Positions 63,046 through 64,000 of a stretch of DNA of 64,000 nt are shown piece after piece. The notes beneath the pieces were generated by a model, which was not told where the DNA came from, did no database searches, and saw only the letters and a program-made list of their open reading frames with translations. How positions within the stretch are numbered: the stretch's first letter is position 1; each line of letters begins with the position of its first letter. A program made the translations under genes and the position numbers. Origin of the DNA: Ruditapes philippinarum (Eukaryota); contig NW_026863267.1 in the NCBI RefSeq assembly GCF_026571515.1, positions 62,001 through 126,000 on the forward strand, given 5' to 3'.

Positions 63046-64000
63046 GTTCGTTTAATTTTGACTCGGAAAATTAATGGGAAACGAGGGTTCGGAAGGAGTT
63101 AATGGTTACAGTTATAATTATCGTTAGTGGTGGTAGTAACTTGTCTGTTCTAAATTTGTTCGTTTTTTTGGTTTTTGCATGCTTTTGGAATGAAGTTTTG
63201 TTCCATGTAATTTATATATTGCTAATTTAAAAAAAAAAAAAAATACGTTTAAATGGTGCATGTATCTATGTATGGTATATTTATACTCAAGATAAAAGGC
63301 GTATCAGTTGCATGCTTTATGGTGACAGTAAAAAAAAAACATAATTCATCAAAAGAAACAAAATGGAAACTTAAATATAAGATTTGGTTTCAAATATGTG
63401 ATTTTTTTTTTTTTTTTTTTTTTGAGACTGACAGAAAAGTTGGATTTGAGACCAACAGAAAAGTTTGAAATAGAAGGGTTTTTTTTGAATTTTTAGTAAA
63501 AGTGGCTATCAAAAAGTGAAAATTTCCATAAGGTGAAATAGGAAATCAACTTTCCTTTTTTTTTTCTTTTTTTTTTATAAAAAAGTTGATTTCCTATCTG
63601 GAAAATAGTTAACTGCCCACTATACATGTAAGAGAAAGTACTGTATAAGTTAACTACCCATCAAAAAAGAAAATGCTAAATTTCACGTATGCTACCTTCC
63701 CATTAGAAAGAGAGAACAATGTATAGAAAATAAATCAATATTTAAGTAAGAACAGGTGCTCTTGTAAATGTATTGATTGTTGATTGTGTGAAGAACAAAA
63801 ACACATTAAGACTTGAGATTTTATCGAAATTTAAAATGACTGTCATTAGATTAAATTCAACAGTATCACATTACATGCAGCTGTTAAAATGCAAAATTGA
63901 TCCACTTTTAGGATGTCAGGTGCTTAAGTAATTAGGTGTTCGTACTTAAACACAAATATTTTCCTTGTTATTCAACTTATTTGGAGTACAGTAAATTACT

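Noticed and set aside
63905-63960. Possible last calumenin exon after ttttag|gat
   Set aside because: Reads DVRCLSN* with no EF-loop continuation or HDEF-like end; the true last exon must be outside the window.

Overview
AT-rich animal genomic DNA with spliced genes. It is most likely a bivalve mollusc, inferred from tandem BIR-RING IAPs, a C1q-domain gene cluster, Meta/CORE-type SINEs and pearl/Helentron-like satellite-bearing elements. Genes, left to right: (1) the 3' end of one IAP-type RING gene; (2) a complete 4-exon BIR-RING IAP (413 aa) with an unusual hydrophobic N-terminus and a duplicated BIR half-exon in intron 1; (3) four secreted coiled-coil + C1q (C1qDC) genes: a frameshifted copy A, an intact copy B, and copies C/D, which form the arms of a ~4.2-4.6 kb inverted duplication; (4) between those arms, an intronless SLC16/MFS-like transporter with lysosomal sorting motifs at both ends, and a decayed Gypsy integrase; (5) a calumenin/reticulocalbin gene running off the right edge, with two phase-locked mutually exclusive EF-hand exons, one carrying a poly-Asp tract. 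Intergenic and intronic DNA is dense in non-autonomous elements: foldbacks, palindromic MITEs, Helentron-like elements, SINEs and a tRNA-containing solo LTR. All exon structures were read by eye from GT/AG sites and reading-frame phase; no database searches were run.
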